Assembly: GCA_002269645.1 (NCBI GenBank)
Contig: NIVC01003360.1
Coordinates: forward strand, 38,431 to 102,430
DNA from: Macrostomum lignano
Taxonomy: Eukaryota
Direction of reading: 5' to 3'
DNA: 64,000 nucleotides
Numbering within the stretch: the first letter of the stretch is position 1; each line of letters begins with the position of its first letter. Positions 37,636-49,100 of the stretch are shown here, piece after piece. The notes beneath the pieces were generated by a model. It was not told where the DNA came from. It did not search any database and worked only from the letters and a program-made list of their open reading frames with translations. The position numbers and the translations under genes are program-made.

Positions 37636-40600
37636 ACTAACTACTGAATTCACCGGCTGTTGGGTTCACCGGATTTTTAACTTTATTTTTAAGGGTTGGA
37701 AATATATATAATCGATAGCGCAAGTAAAACTAGAGATGCGCCTAGATTTTTGGCTCTGCGCGTTGCCCCTGGACATCAGGAGGGCGATTTTTGTTATTTT
37801 TTGGGGGGTGAAACCGGCGGTGAACCCAATAAATCCTTCCAGAGAGCTGAAAACCTATCATGCAATATTTCAAAGCAAAATATAGGCAGATTTCGACGTG
37901 CGCATAAAATTTCAGCGTTGCGCGTTGCTCCTGAACTGCAGGAGAACGGTTTTTGTTAAATTCCGGTGGTGAATGACTGCCGCTGAACTCCGCGGTGAAG
38001 GAAATTAAGTGCGTTTCCCGAGTCGAAAAATAGTAAATTTTACTTCTACAAAAGCTATCAAAGTAAAATTTTATCACTTTTATCAGCATTTTTGCATTCC
38101 CTTTTGTGTTGATTCTTAAGCTATTTATTTTAATGCAAAGCGAAAAAAGTTTTAAAAAAATTCGAACTACGAGTATTGAGTACTGCGTGCACGCGCAGGC
38201 GGCGGCAGATGGCTAGCACGTTGCAGGGCACTTGCTCACATCAAAGACAAAGCCAAAGTGTTGTGGTATTTTTGTGCACATACTTTTTAAAGCCTGTATT
38301 AATATAATATATTAAAGTAAAAACTTCTATTTCGATACATCTATTTGGTCAAATTATATAGACATACAATATTTAAGATTCTATAGTTTCCATTAAATTT
38401 TATAATTGAATTAAGGGAGGCACCTATAGGCTATAGTATATTTACTTTTATGCAAAATAGCAATTACCATGTAATGATATTGACCCTACACTGGCCATGT
38501 CAATATAATTACTTATAATTACCAATACTAGTCAATAAATATTTTTATATTTGATTTTATTGTAAATATATTTCTATAATAATAATCCATCCATATATAA
38601 TAAATTTTACTCTTAAAATTCTTTTTCTTCTTTCTAACTGTAATTGCTAATTGAAAATTAGAATATACCAAGAATTAGTATGGCTCAGTTTTGTAAATTA
38701 AAAAAAATTCTGTGCTTTCTAATATTGTGCATTCTTTATCATAACACAAAATAATTTAAAATTGAAATTGCTAAATAGATAAGTAACATTTTGAAATTTG
38801 TATATATTAAAATTAGAGACTAATTTCAGGGGCATAGCTAGGAATTTCCTATGGGAGGATACACCAAGGTGAAAGTGCTATGACAGAGTCACATGGTAGC
38901 ATGTATAGCAACAAAGGGCAACAAAAAAGTTTTTGTCAGGCTCTTTAGGGGGTATATGGTATAGGACCAAGACCACCATACTTGGGGGAGCTAAGGGGGA
39001 GGAATTTGGCTTGCCATGTTATTAGATGGTACTGAGAAGGGGTAAGATGGGGAGAGCTAGCAGGACAAGGCCGCAAGAGAAGAACTGGTGAGCAGGCCAG
39101 GTGGGTGAGTGAGCCAGGCTCCTCATTTTTTTCATTCAATTTGAATTGTAAAGTAACAATGAGATATTGTTAAAATTGCCCTGGTTGACTTGCAATCATT
39201 TTGGGCCACTTATTTGTCTTATTAGTGACTAATCTTGGGATGTTTCCTCCTTATCTAACTCCACAACCCATCACAACCAATAGCAATGCTGGAAGATTGG
39301 TAGCTCCCCCTCAATTCCAGTAGGCCTAGCCAGTGAGAACTTATTTTGCATTATAATATAGGAATGGCATAACTTATAAACTAGAATTACCAATGCAACA
39401 AAGGATCACTAAGACTAGACAAGTTGGTATGGCAATAGTGTCACATTGAAGACTTATTGGTTGCCAATCTTGAATGCTCATTAGGAATTATATTTGTACC
39501 CAGAAACACAATAGACACAATAAATTGTGTTTTTTGTGTTTCATCAGTCTAGCCTGCTATTGAGCTATCTAGAAGCTGCACACTGATAGAATGCAATTTT
39601 TCTCAGGGATATTACTTCTTTCTAAGTTACAGGGACCAATATGCTCATTAGGAATTATATTTGTACCCAGAAACATAATACACACAATAAATTGTGTTTT
39701 TTGTGTTTACATCAGTCTAGCCTGCTATTGAGCTATATAGAAGCTGCACACTGATAGAATGCAATTTTTCTCAGGGATATTACTTCTTTCTAAGTTACAG
39801 GGACCAATATGCTCAATAGGAATTATATTTGTACCCAGAAACACAATACACACAATAAATTGCGTTTTTTGTGTTTACATCAGTCTAGCCTGCTATTGAG
39901 CTATCTAGAAGCTGCACACTGATAGAATGCAATTTTTCTCAGGGATATTACTTCTTTCTAAGTTACAGGGACCAATATGCTCATTAGGAATTATATTTGT
40001 ACCCAGAAACACAATACACACAATAAATTGTGTTTTTTGTGTTTACATCAGTCTAGCCTGCTATTGAGCTATCTAGAAGCTGCACACTGATAGAATGCAA
40101 TTTTTCTCAGGGATATTACTTCTTTCTAAGTTACAGGGACCAATATGCTCATTAGGAATTATATTTGTACCCAGAAACACAATACACACAATAAATTGTG
40201 TTTTTTGTGTTTACATCAGTCTAGCCTGCTATTGAGCTATCTAGAAGCTGCACACTGATAGAATGCAATTTTTCTCAGGGATATTACTTCTTTCTAAGTT
40301 ACAGGGACCAATATGCTCATTAGGAATTATATTTGTACCCAGAAACACAATACACACAATAAATTGTGTTTTTTGTGTTTACATCAGTCTAGCCTGCTAT
40401 TGAGCTATCTAGAAGCTGCACACTGATAGAATGCAATTTTTCTCAGGGATATTACTTCTTTCTAAGTTACAGGGACCAATATGCTCATTAGGAATTATAT
40501 TTGTACCCAGAAACACAATACACACAATAAATTGCGTTTTTTGTGTTTACATCAGTCTAGCCTGCTATTGAGCTATCTAGAAGCTGCACACTGATAGAAT

Positions 40601-40713
40601 GCAATTTTTCTCAGGGATATTACTTCTTTCTAAGTTACAGGGACCAATATGCTCATTAGGAATTATATTTGTACCCAGAAACACAATACACACAATAAAT
40701 TGTGTTTTTTGTG
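37636..40713 (+). repeat. Left terminal inverted repeat (about 3078 bp)
   Basis: Reverse complement of 46196-49272; the ORF track gives mirror-image ORFs (38945-39139/47769-47963 identical; 37742-38089/48819-49166 differ by one residue). Confidence 0.95.
39474..40713 (+). repeat. 168-bp tandem repeat x about 7.4 at the inner end of the left TIR
   Basis: Unit starts ATGCTCATTAGGAATT at 39474, 39641, 39809, 39977, 40145, 40313, 40481, 40649; mirrored at about 46196-47433. Confidence 0.95.
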
Positions 40714-40837
40714 CTTTTTAAAGTGATTGGAAACTATTGAAAACTACTTAATTGCAGAATTCAAAACTAGGAAACATTGTCTATAGGTATATTTGTAATG
40801 ATATGGCCTCATTTCAATTAAAAGCACCGATTAACCT

Positions 40838-42271
40838 TTGAATATTATTTTTACATCGCTTTGCAATGCAATTTTCTTGCCTTTCAGCCATCTGCTAGTG
40901 ACCGCGATCAGCATGTGCGCTAGTTGCGAAACTGCTACCAGCATTGATTGCGGCTCTGGTCGCGGCACTGATCGCCAAGCTGGTCGCGGCTCTGGTCGCG
41001 GCACTGATCGCCAAGCTGGTCGCGGCACTGATCGCCAAGCTGGTCGCGGCACTGATCATCGAGCTGGTCGCGGCACTGATCACCAAGCTGGTCGCGGCAC
41101 TGATCGCCAAGCTGGTCGCGGCGCTGGTAGCGGCGCTGGTCGCAGCGCAAACATTAGCATTAAACGTTGCTCCAAAACCGACGCTGATCGTGTCGACACT
41201 GCTAGAAATTCAAGTACCTCTAAGAGTGGGTCAGTTTTGACTCCAACCCGAAATGCATTTAATGATGATTCTATCCAGGCATCTAGCAGCTCCGTGGAAA
41301 ATAAGCGTCGGTCAAATTGCACAGCTCCAAAGTATTTTCCAGTCGGTAAATATTTTAGAAGTAGTCGACCTGATGAAGAGCTTATTCGGAAACACCTACC
41401 AGGTGTACTGCTGGTAAACACGATTGTTGTGAAAGGTTACAGGGATTGGCCAGGACGTAATGAGCCCATTGATGTTTATCTAAATGGTATGTGTGCTGTA
41501 AATCACGTCGTAATGGCAGTTGTTTTATTTCTGCGTCAGAATAATGCCGTAAGGGAGATGTTTAGGCTTCGATTCGGTGGCATTAGAATCGGCACATGCA
41601 TTCTCCGATTGGTCGATGCTGCATCATTGCCAGAAGCTGAGACTGTTTTGCTCGATGCCATTTTAGGCTCTAACTACAGACTGCAATTTTTAAACAAGTG
41701 TGTCTTCATGGACTCGCATTCTGTACATGTTGACCACTCTCAAGGTGATGAACGTGAAGTAATCGAGCTAATGCTCTCGCCTATTCTCCAAAGCACTTTG
41801 CGAATGGCAGAGTGCTCCAACGGACACCGACACGAATTCGACTCGTTCAGATACGCGAAAGAATCACTGACGTTTCAAACAGAAGTCGAAAAGCGCACAA
41901 TTGCAGACGTTATAGAGGCAGAATTTGTAAGACCGGAAGTTAAATTGTGCCCCTCCATCACTGAGCAGGGCACAGCGTGTCAAGAAGTTATGACAGTCGC
42001 TCCAAGACGGCCTTTTCCGTTGATTCTAATTTGGCCAGCGGTGGTTGGCACCGTAGATCACCTTCAACCTGAAGTCCATGCCGGCGAAGTGCAATTCGTT
42101 CTGGCGGGAATAACGTATTATGCAAACGACCACTATCAACTACGACTACCGTTCAAGCATCACAACCAAGAAGTAGTCTACGACGACCGCATCAATGACA
42201 AAAATTGCCTTGGTCGAATTCCTGCAGGCGCAATTCCACATAGCGCTGTTTATTTTTCTAGCGCCACGTAA
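40838..42271 (+). CDS. Transposon-borne USP-like (papain-fold) cysteine protease; likely ATG at 40913 (452 aa)
   Basis: Uninterrupted ORF with a Cys-box-like NGMCAVN (Cys 41492-41494), finger-like CSNGH and CP...C, and a His-box-like FVLAGITYYANDHY (His 42131-42133) followed by VVYDD. N-terminal 24-bp GRGTDRQA repeats; acceptor-like ctttcag at 40887. Confidence 0.68.
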   Translation: MNIIFTSLCNAIFLPFSHLLVTAISMCASCETATSIDCGSGRGTDRQAGRGSGRGTDRQAGRGTDRQAGRGTDHRAGRGTDHQAGRGTDRQAGRGAGSGAGRSANISIKRCSKTDADRVDTARNSSTSKSGSVLTPTRNAFNDDSIQASSSSVENKRRSNCTAPKYFPVGKYFRSSRPDEELIRKHLPGVLLVNTIVVKGYRDWPGRNEPIDVYLNGMCAVNHVVMAVVLFLRQNNAVREMFRLRFGGIRIGTCILRLVDAASLPEAETVLLDAILGSNYRLQFLNKCVFMDSHSVHVDHSQGDEREVIELMLSPILQSTLRMAECSNGHRHEFDSFRYAKESLTFQTEVEKRTIADVIEAEFVRPEVKLCPSITEQGTACQEVMTVAPRRPFPLILIWPAVVGTVDHLQPEVHAGEVQFVLAGITYYANDHYQLRLPFKHHNQEVVYDDRINDKNCLGRIPAGAIPHSAVYFSSAT

Positions 42272-43578
42272 AACTTTAGCTTGTACTCGTATTAGCGCTA
42301 TTTTGATACTTAGTCCGGTTTACACATTCTTGGACATAACCTTGATTTGGACACGGAGTTTAAAAAAATCAGGAGCAGTTTTAATCGATTTACAAGTCTA
42401 GTAAAAAAAGTACCGTTTCTTAGTTGTCAAGTTATGTTATGCTCTCAGATTATTTTAATATGCTCGAGGAGTCGTCAATTGACAATTAGTGCGTATTATT
42501 ATTGTTAGTCTTGATCTTATCCTTTTATTTCCTTTAGCTCTCACAGTGGGCTTTAAACCCAAGCGTGTCTTGCGGCTTCATTTAATTATCTACCATATAT
42601 TATAGTCAAGTCATATCACACATGCAGTGCGCTGTGCTCTTTTTTACCTTTGGACTAATTGCTCATGTTGGATCGTGTTTTGAAAACTTTCTTGACGCGT
42701 TGTCTTGCCTAACACACAGAAGTACATGTACATACGTACGAGCACTACCTACCTACCGTAATACAATTCCCATAGCTACATGCAAAAGTCTTAGTGTTAG
42801 GCAAGTACGAGCCTTTTGAATTTGTTTTGCAACCCGCAGTTTGTTTGCGTTGCTAACTGCCTTTCTACCATATATCCTATCAGACGCCAAATTAGTCAAT
42901 CTTTTTTCTCGCCGTTATCCTTTGCAAGTAGTTCGTTTTTTCTTTTCTTTTAATTTTGAGACCTTTGTACTGTTCAGAAGCTTGAGTTTTACAGATGTAC
43001 GTGTAAATTGAAAGGGTAATTATCACCACGTTTTTTAGTATATAAGACAGACAAATCTTAGACATTTAGTATAGTTTGATATTTTCAACTTTTGTATATT
43101 AGAAGATTGTGACTAGCCATCCGAGCCCTAAATAAAACAAATTGAAAAAAAATGAATGAGTACCTTTAGGTTTTGCATCCACTATGAAAGGCAGCTATTT
43201 AGCTAGCAGAATATATCAATCAGATCCCTATGATCCCTATTTTGGCTCAAACGTCTGAGAAACCTAAATTAGCCACAGAAGTTAGTAACTCCCTCTAGGA
43301 TGGTTACAACAATTTTTTATATATCCAGATATACGTCGTACTCTTATATTCAGTTGCCAATATCGAGGGCTCAGACTTTGTTTTTTTAAAATATACGTAA
43401 AATACGAGCGTATCTTCGACAATTTTTAATGTTCGTTTTAATTACATGCCTAAAATTTCTTGTCTCCATTTTCTTTTCTTAGGACAAAGCCCTCAACAAA
43501 AGCAAAAATCACTTTGGCTTGAAGGCTTTATTTGGCCGTCTTTTTGATCTTGTAGAGAGCCAGAGATTCTATCTAGAT

Positions 43579-43608
43579 GCCCCCCATCGGGGGGCGAAAA
43601 TTGCTAGT
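43579..43608 (+). mobile_element. Helitron-type 3' terminus inside the foldback element
   Basis: Perfect hairpin GCCCCCC-ATC-GGGGGGC, 8-nt spacer, then CTAG|T; 5' end not identified. Confidence 0.55.
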
Positions 43609-44595
43609 TTCTCTTCTAAATAAATAATGTCAAATTAGCCAGCGACCCAGAGGTCTGTTTTCGCATTCTCTCAACAAGAGAAAATCAATTGGGTCGTAAC
43701 AATTCAATTACATGAGTTATCATAGCTCATTGATTTTGATTTATGAGTTGTTATTATACTGTTTTATCAGTCTTCTCTCGCGGCAATACGAGCGTTGTTC
43801 TGCCAGTTGAATCGGCACACTCAGTTCCAGAACCGTTTTTATGCATTTAATACTGTAGAATTCAGTAATAAAAAGTAGATTATTAATAGCCGCTTTGCAA
43901 AATGTTAAAACATAACAAAATTGGAGAGCAACCCACCATGAAAATACGGCTCGTAATAATTGTGTTCATACATGTACATATTTATTACATTTGTCTACGT
44001 ATACATTATCAACGGCAAAAAACTATCAGATTGAAAAAAGTAACGCTTATCCATTACACAAAAATACAGATAAAACAGCCAGCCAGGGATAAAACAAACA
44101 GCAGATTAAATATACAGATACGGATAGATGAGTAATAGATCAGGATGACAAAATTTATCGCACATATAACTTTGTTTATAATTAAGCCAGAAACACATGT
44201 AGCGCAACACTGCTACATGTATTGCTGGCATGAGAGAGCCATTTTTCGTGTATAGATGATAGCTACTAGGCCTCACGAGTGGGTCACGGCTGCATAAAAT
44301 CCGTAAAAATACTTCAACTTACTGATTTTCAATTTGCACTGTAAACTTTTCGGAACAAAATCCATCTAAGCTTAAGATTCTTTGGTGCATAAAGAATCAA
44401 ATATTAAAAGGTCCTGCTAATATTTCTGGTCCGGTTCTGGTCCTGCTGCTAATATTTCTGGTCCGGTGATTACAAGCAGACGAGAAAGCAATGAGATATA
44501 AATTAGTCTTTAATAATGGAATTTAAATAAAGAAAATTATAAAGCAAAAATCAACTTGCACAACTTGTAAACTCAAGCATTCGACTTCAGTTCAG

Positions 44596-45930
44596 TTAAA
44601 AAGAAGCGTTAGCTAGTCCGAAAATCATTTTTTTCTCTATTAATTTACATTCAGTTCTGCGAAGTTTCGTATTATTGGAACTTCTCAGAACTATGGCACT
44701 TTTTTCACGGAATTTATTCGAATTTTCTCCTCGTCGTCTTTTCATCGGAGCTATTTCAATATCAGTCTCGGCCTCCCTTCGAGCAGTCTCCTCGGCCTGC
44801 CTTCGAGCCGTCTCCTCGGCCTGCCTTTGAGCCGTCTCCTCGGCCTGCCTTCGAGCCGTCTCCTCGGCCTGCCTTCGAGCCGTCTCCTCAGCCTGCCTTC
44901 GAGCCGTCTCCTCGGCCTGCCTTCGAGCCGTCTCCTCGGCCTCTTTTCGAGCCGTCTCCTCGGCCTGCCTTCGAGCCGTCTCCTCGGCCTGCCTTTGAGC
45001 CGTCTCCTCGGCCTGCCTTCGAGCCGTCTCCTCAGCCTGCCTTCGAGCCGTCTCCTCGGCCTGCCTTCGAGCCGTCTCTTCGGCCTCTTTTCGAGCCGTC
45101 TCCTTGGCCTTCCTTCGAGCCGTCTCCTCGGCCTGCCTTCGAGCCGTCTCCTCGGCCTGCCTTCGAGCCGTCTCCTCGGCCTGCCTTCGAGCCGTCTCCT
45201 CGGCCTGCCTTCGAGCCGTCTCCTCGGCCTGCCTTCGAGCCGTCTCCTCGGCCTCTTTTCGAGCCGTCTCCTCGGCCTGCCTTCGAGCCGTCTCCTCGGC
45301 CTGCCTTCGAACCGTCTCCTCAGCTTCCATTCTACTTGACTCCTCTTCGATTGAAGCATCAGAAAAAACTTCATCATCCACGATATCCAGATCATTTTCA
45401 GATCGACACATTCGTTCTAACTCGCTCTTAAGGTGGCGTAGAGAAGGAAGCAATATTTCTATTGATAGCCGCCACTTGGCTGATGCCAACGAAGCTGCAC
45501 TCTCTACATGCTCTAATGCAAAACTTAAGTGCTTGGCTGCCGTTACGTTGCTCCGATAATTAAATTGCTTAGAACGCTGCCAATTGTGGCCTTCAAGCCA
45601 GGCGCGGCCAGCTTCAGCAGCACTTGAACGTTTTGAAGAATCCAGCCGCAACTCGGCGCGTTTTCTTTTACGAAAAATTGCAATGCCATTAACATAAGCT
45701 AAAGATATACCACCTTCAGATATGTACTTCACGTTCGAACCTCGCGCAGTTCGAATCGCAGATTTAAGCTTTAAATCAAGAAGGTTTGCCGCATCACGAA
45801 CATCCAGAGCTTTTACTTTGATACCGACCACAACATCAGTGTCCGGATAGTCATCAGGCAATGAACCTTGAGCTTCAAAAACCACGAAAGGATCGTTGAT
45901 AAACGCCAGAAAAGACAAAGTTAGGGCCAT
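44596..45930 (-). CDS. Transposon-borne protein of unknown function, 444 aa, with about 23 RRQAEETA repeats (predicted single alpha-helix rod)
   Basis: About 200 unique aa N-terminal and about 55 unique aa C-terminal are in frame with the 24-bp repeat; basic NLS-like RKRKR and KRRR; acceptor-like ttaccag about 20 nt upstream of the ATG. Confidence 0.68.
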   Translation of the reverse strand: MALTLSFLAFINDPFVVFEAQGSLPDDYPDTDVVVGIKVKALDVRDAANLLDLKLKSAIRTARGSNVKYISEGGISLAYVNGIAIFRKRKRAELRLDSSKRSSAAEAGRAWLEGHNWQRSKQFNYRSNVTAAKHLSFALEHVESAASLASAKWRLSIEILLPSLRHLKSELERMCRSENDLDIVDDEVFSDASIEEESSRMEAEETVRRQAEETARRQAEETARKEAEETARRQAEETARRQAEETARRQAEETARRQAEETARRQAEETARRKAKETARKEAEETARRQAEETARRQAEETARRQAEETAQRQAEETARRQAEETARKEAEETARRQAEETARRQAEETARRQAEETARRQAEETAQRQAEETARRQAEETARREAETDIEIAPMKRRRGENSNKFREKSAIVLRSSNNTKLRRTECKLIEKKMIFGLANASF

Positions 45931-46195
45931 TCAAGTAAGGCCATAATCTGGTAAATTAAATATAACATTTTTCCTAGTTTCTCATGGTGTAATTGAGCAA
46001 GTTACATTGTAGAACAAAAAGAACAATCTAATATGTGCACCGTGTTTTGTTACTTTGCAGCTAATTTTATAAGAGTTCATTGGCCTGATTAAAATGAGGC
46101 CTTACTAATAGGCACACTGCATATAAAACTTCCTTCCTCGTCTTCATTTCTGTAATTAAGCATGTTACAATCTAGAAGACACAGTTTTTTGTAAA

Positions 46196-49100
46196 CACAA
46201 AAACACAATTTATTGTGTGTATTGTGTTTCTGGGTACAAATATAATTCCTAATGAGCATATTGGTCCCTGTAACTTAGAAAGAAGTAATATCCCTGAGAA
46301 AAATTGCATTCTATCAGTGTGCAGCTTCTAGATAGCTCAATAGCAGGCTAGACTGATGTAAACACAAAAAACACAATTTATTGTGTGTATTGTGTTTCTG
46401 GGTACAAATATAATTCCTAATGAGCATATTGGTCCCTGTAACTTAGAAAGAAGTAATATCCCTGAGAAAAATTGCATTCTATCAGTGTGCAGCTTCTAGA
46501 TAGCTCAATAGCAGGCTAGACTGATGTAAACACAAAAAACACAATTTATTGTGTGTATTGTGTTTCTGGGTACAAATATAATTCCTAATGAGCATATTGG
46601 TCCCTGTAACTTAGAAAGAAGTAATATCCCTGAGAAAAATTGCATTCTATCAGTGTGCAGCTTCTAGATAGCTCAATAGCAGGCTAGACTGATGTAAACA
46701 CAAAAAACACAATTTATTGTGTGTATTGTGTTTCTGGGTACAAATATAATTCCTAATGAGCATATTGGTCCCTGTAACTTAGAAAGAAGTAATATCCCTG
46801 AGAAAAATTGCATTCTATCAGTGTGCAGCTTCTAGATAGCTCAATAGCAGGCTAGACTGATGTAAACACAAAAAACACAATTTATTGTGTGTATTGTGTT
46901 TCTGGGTACAAATATAATTCCTAATGAGCATATTGGTCCCTGTAACTTAGAAAGAAGTAATATCCCTGAGAAAAATTGCATTCTATCAGTGTGCAGCTTC
47001 TAGATAGCTCAATAGCAGGCTAGACTGATGTAAACACAAAAAACGCAATTTATTGTGTGTATTGTGTTTCTGGGTACAAATATAATTCCTATTGAGCATA
47101 TTGGTCCCTGTAACTTAGAAAGAAGTAATATCCCTGAGAAAAATTGCATTCTATCAGTGTGCAGCTTCTATATAGCTCAATAGCAGGCTAGACTGATGTA
47201 AACACAAAAAACACAATTTATTGTGTGTATTATGTTTCTGGGTACAAATATAATTCCTAATGAGCATATTGGTCCCTGTAACTTAGAAAGAAGTAATATC
47301 CCTGAGAAAAATTGCATTCTATCAGTGTGCAGCTTCTAGATAGCTCAATAGCAGGCTAGACTGATGAAACACAAAAAACACAATTTATTGTGTCTATTGT
47401 GTTTCTGGGTACAAATATAATTCCTAATGAGCATTCAAGATTGGCAACCAATAAGTCTTCAATGTGACACTATTGCCATACCAACTTGTCTAGTCTTAGT
47501 GATCCTTTGTTGCATTGGTAATTCTAGTTTATAAGTTATGCCATTCCTATATTATAATGCAAAATAAGTTCTCACTGGCTAGGCCTACTGGAATTGAGGG
47601 GGAGCTACCAATCTTCCAGCATTGCTATTGGTTGTGATGGGTTGTGGAGTTAGATAAGGAGGAAACATCCCAAGATTAGTCACTAATAAGACAAATAAGT
47701 GGCCCAAAATGATTGCAAGTCAACCAGGGCAATTTTAACAATATCTCATTGTTACTTTACAATTCAAATTGAATGAAAAAAATGAGGAGCCTGGCTCACT
47801 CACCCACCTGGCCTGCTCACCAGTTCTTCTCTTGCGGCCTTGTCCTGCTAGCTCTCCCCATCTTACCCCTTCTCAGTACCATCTAATAACATGGCAAGCC
47901 AAATTCCTCCCCCTTAGCTCCCCCAAGTATGGTGGTCTTGGTCCTATACCATATACCCCCTAAAGAGCCTGACAAAAACTTTTTTGTTGCCCTTTGTTGC
48001 TATACATGCTACCATGTGACTCTGTCATAGCACTTTCACCTTGGTGTATCCTCCCATAGGAAATTCCTAGCTATGCCCCTGAAATTAGTCTCTAATTTTA
48101 ATATATACAAATTTCAAAATGTTACTTATCTATTTAGCAATTTCAATTTTAAATTATTTTGTGTTATGATAAAGAATGCACAATATTAGAAAGCACAGAA
48201 TTTTTTTTAATTTACAAAACTGAGCCATACTAATTCTTGGTATATTCTAATTTTCAATTAGCAATTACAGTTAGAAAGAAGAAAAAGAATTTTAAGAGTA
48301 AAATTTATTATATATGGATGGATTATTATTATAGAAATATATTTACAATAAAATCAAATATAAAAATATTTATTGACTAGTATTGGTAATTATAAGTAAT
48401 TATATTGACATGGCCAGTGTAGGGTCAATATCATTACATGGTAATTGCTATTTTGCATAAAAGTAAATATACTATAGCCTATAGGTGCCTCCCTTAATTC
48501 AATTATAAAATTTAATGGAAACTATAGAATCTTAAATATTGTATGTCTATATAATTTGACCAAATAGATGTATCGAAATAGAAGTTTTTACTTTAATATA
48601 TTATATTAATACAGGCTTTAAAAAGTATGTGCACAAAAATACCACAACACTTTGGCTTTGTCTTTGATGTGAGCAAGTGCCCTGCAACGTGCTAGCCATC
48701 TGCCGCCGCCTGCGCGTGCACGCAGTACTCAATACTCGTAGTTCGAATTTTTTTAAAACTTTTTTCGCTTTGCATTAAAATAAATAGCTTAAGAATCAAC
48801 ACAAAAGGGAATGCAAAAATGCTGATAAAAGTGATAAAATTTTACTTTGATAGCTTTTGTAGAAGTAAAATTTACTATTTTTCGACTCGGGAAACGCACT
48901 TAATTTCCTTCACCGCGGAGTTCAGCGGCAGTCATTCACCACCGGAATTTAACAAAAACCGTTCTCCTGCAGTTCAGGAGCAACGCGCAACGCTGAAATT
49001 TTATGCGCACGTCAAAATCTGCCTATATTTTGCTTTGAAATATTGCATGATAGGTTTTCAGCTCTCTGGAAGGATTTATTGGGTTCACCGCCGGTTTCAC

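Noticed and set aside
37696-39139. Short ORFs duplicated at 47769-49212
   Set aside because: Mirror images caused by the TIRs; low coding character.
39474-40713. Regular repeat array as a CRISPR locus
   Set aside because: Units are contiguous 168-bp copies with no unique spacers and no cas genes; the context is eukaryotic.
40944-41240. Alternative-frame amphipathic ORF (IAKLVAAL repeats)
   Set aside because: Alternative reading of the 24-bp repeat inside the protease ORF; short and not linked to other coding sequence.
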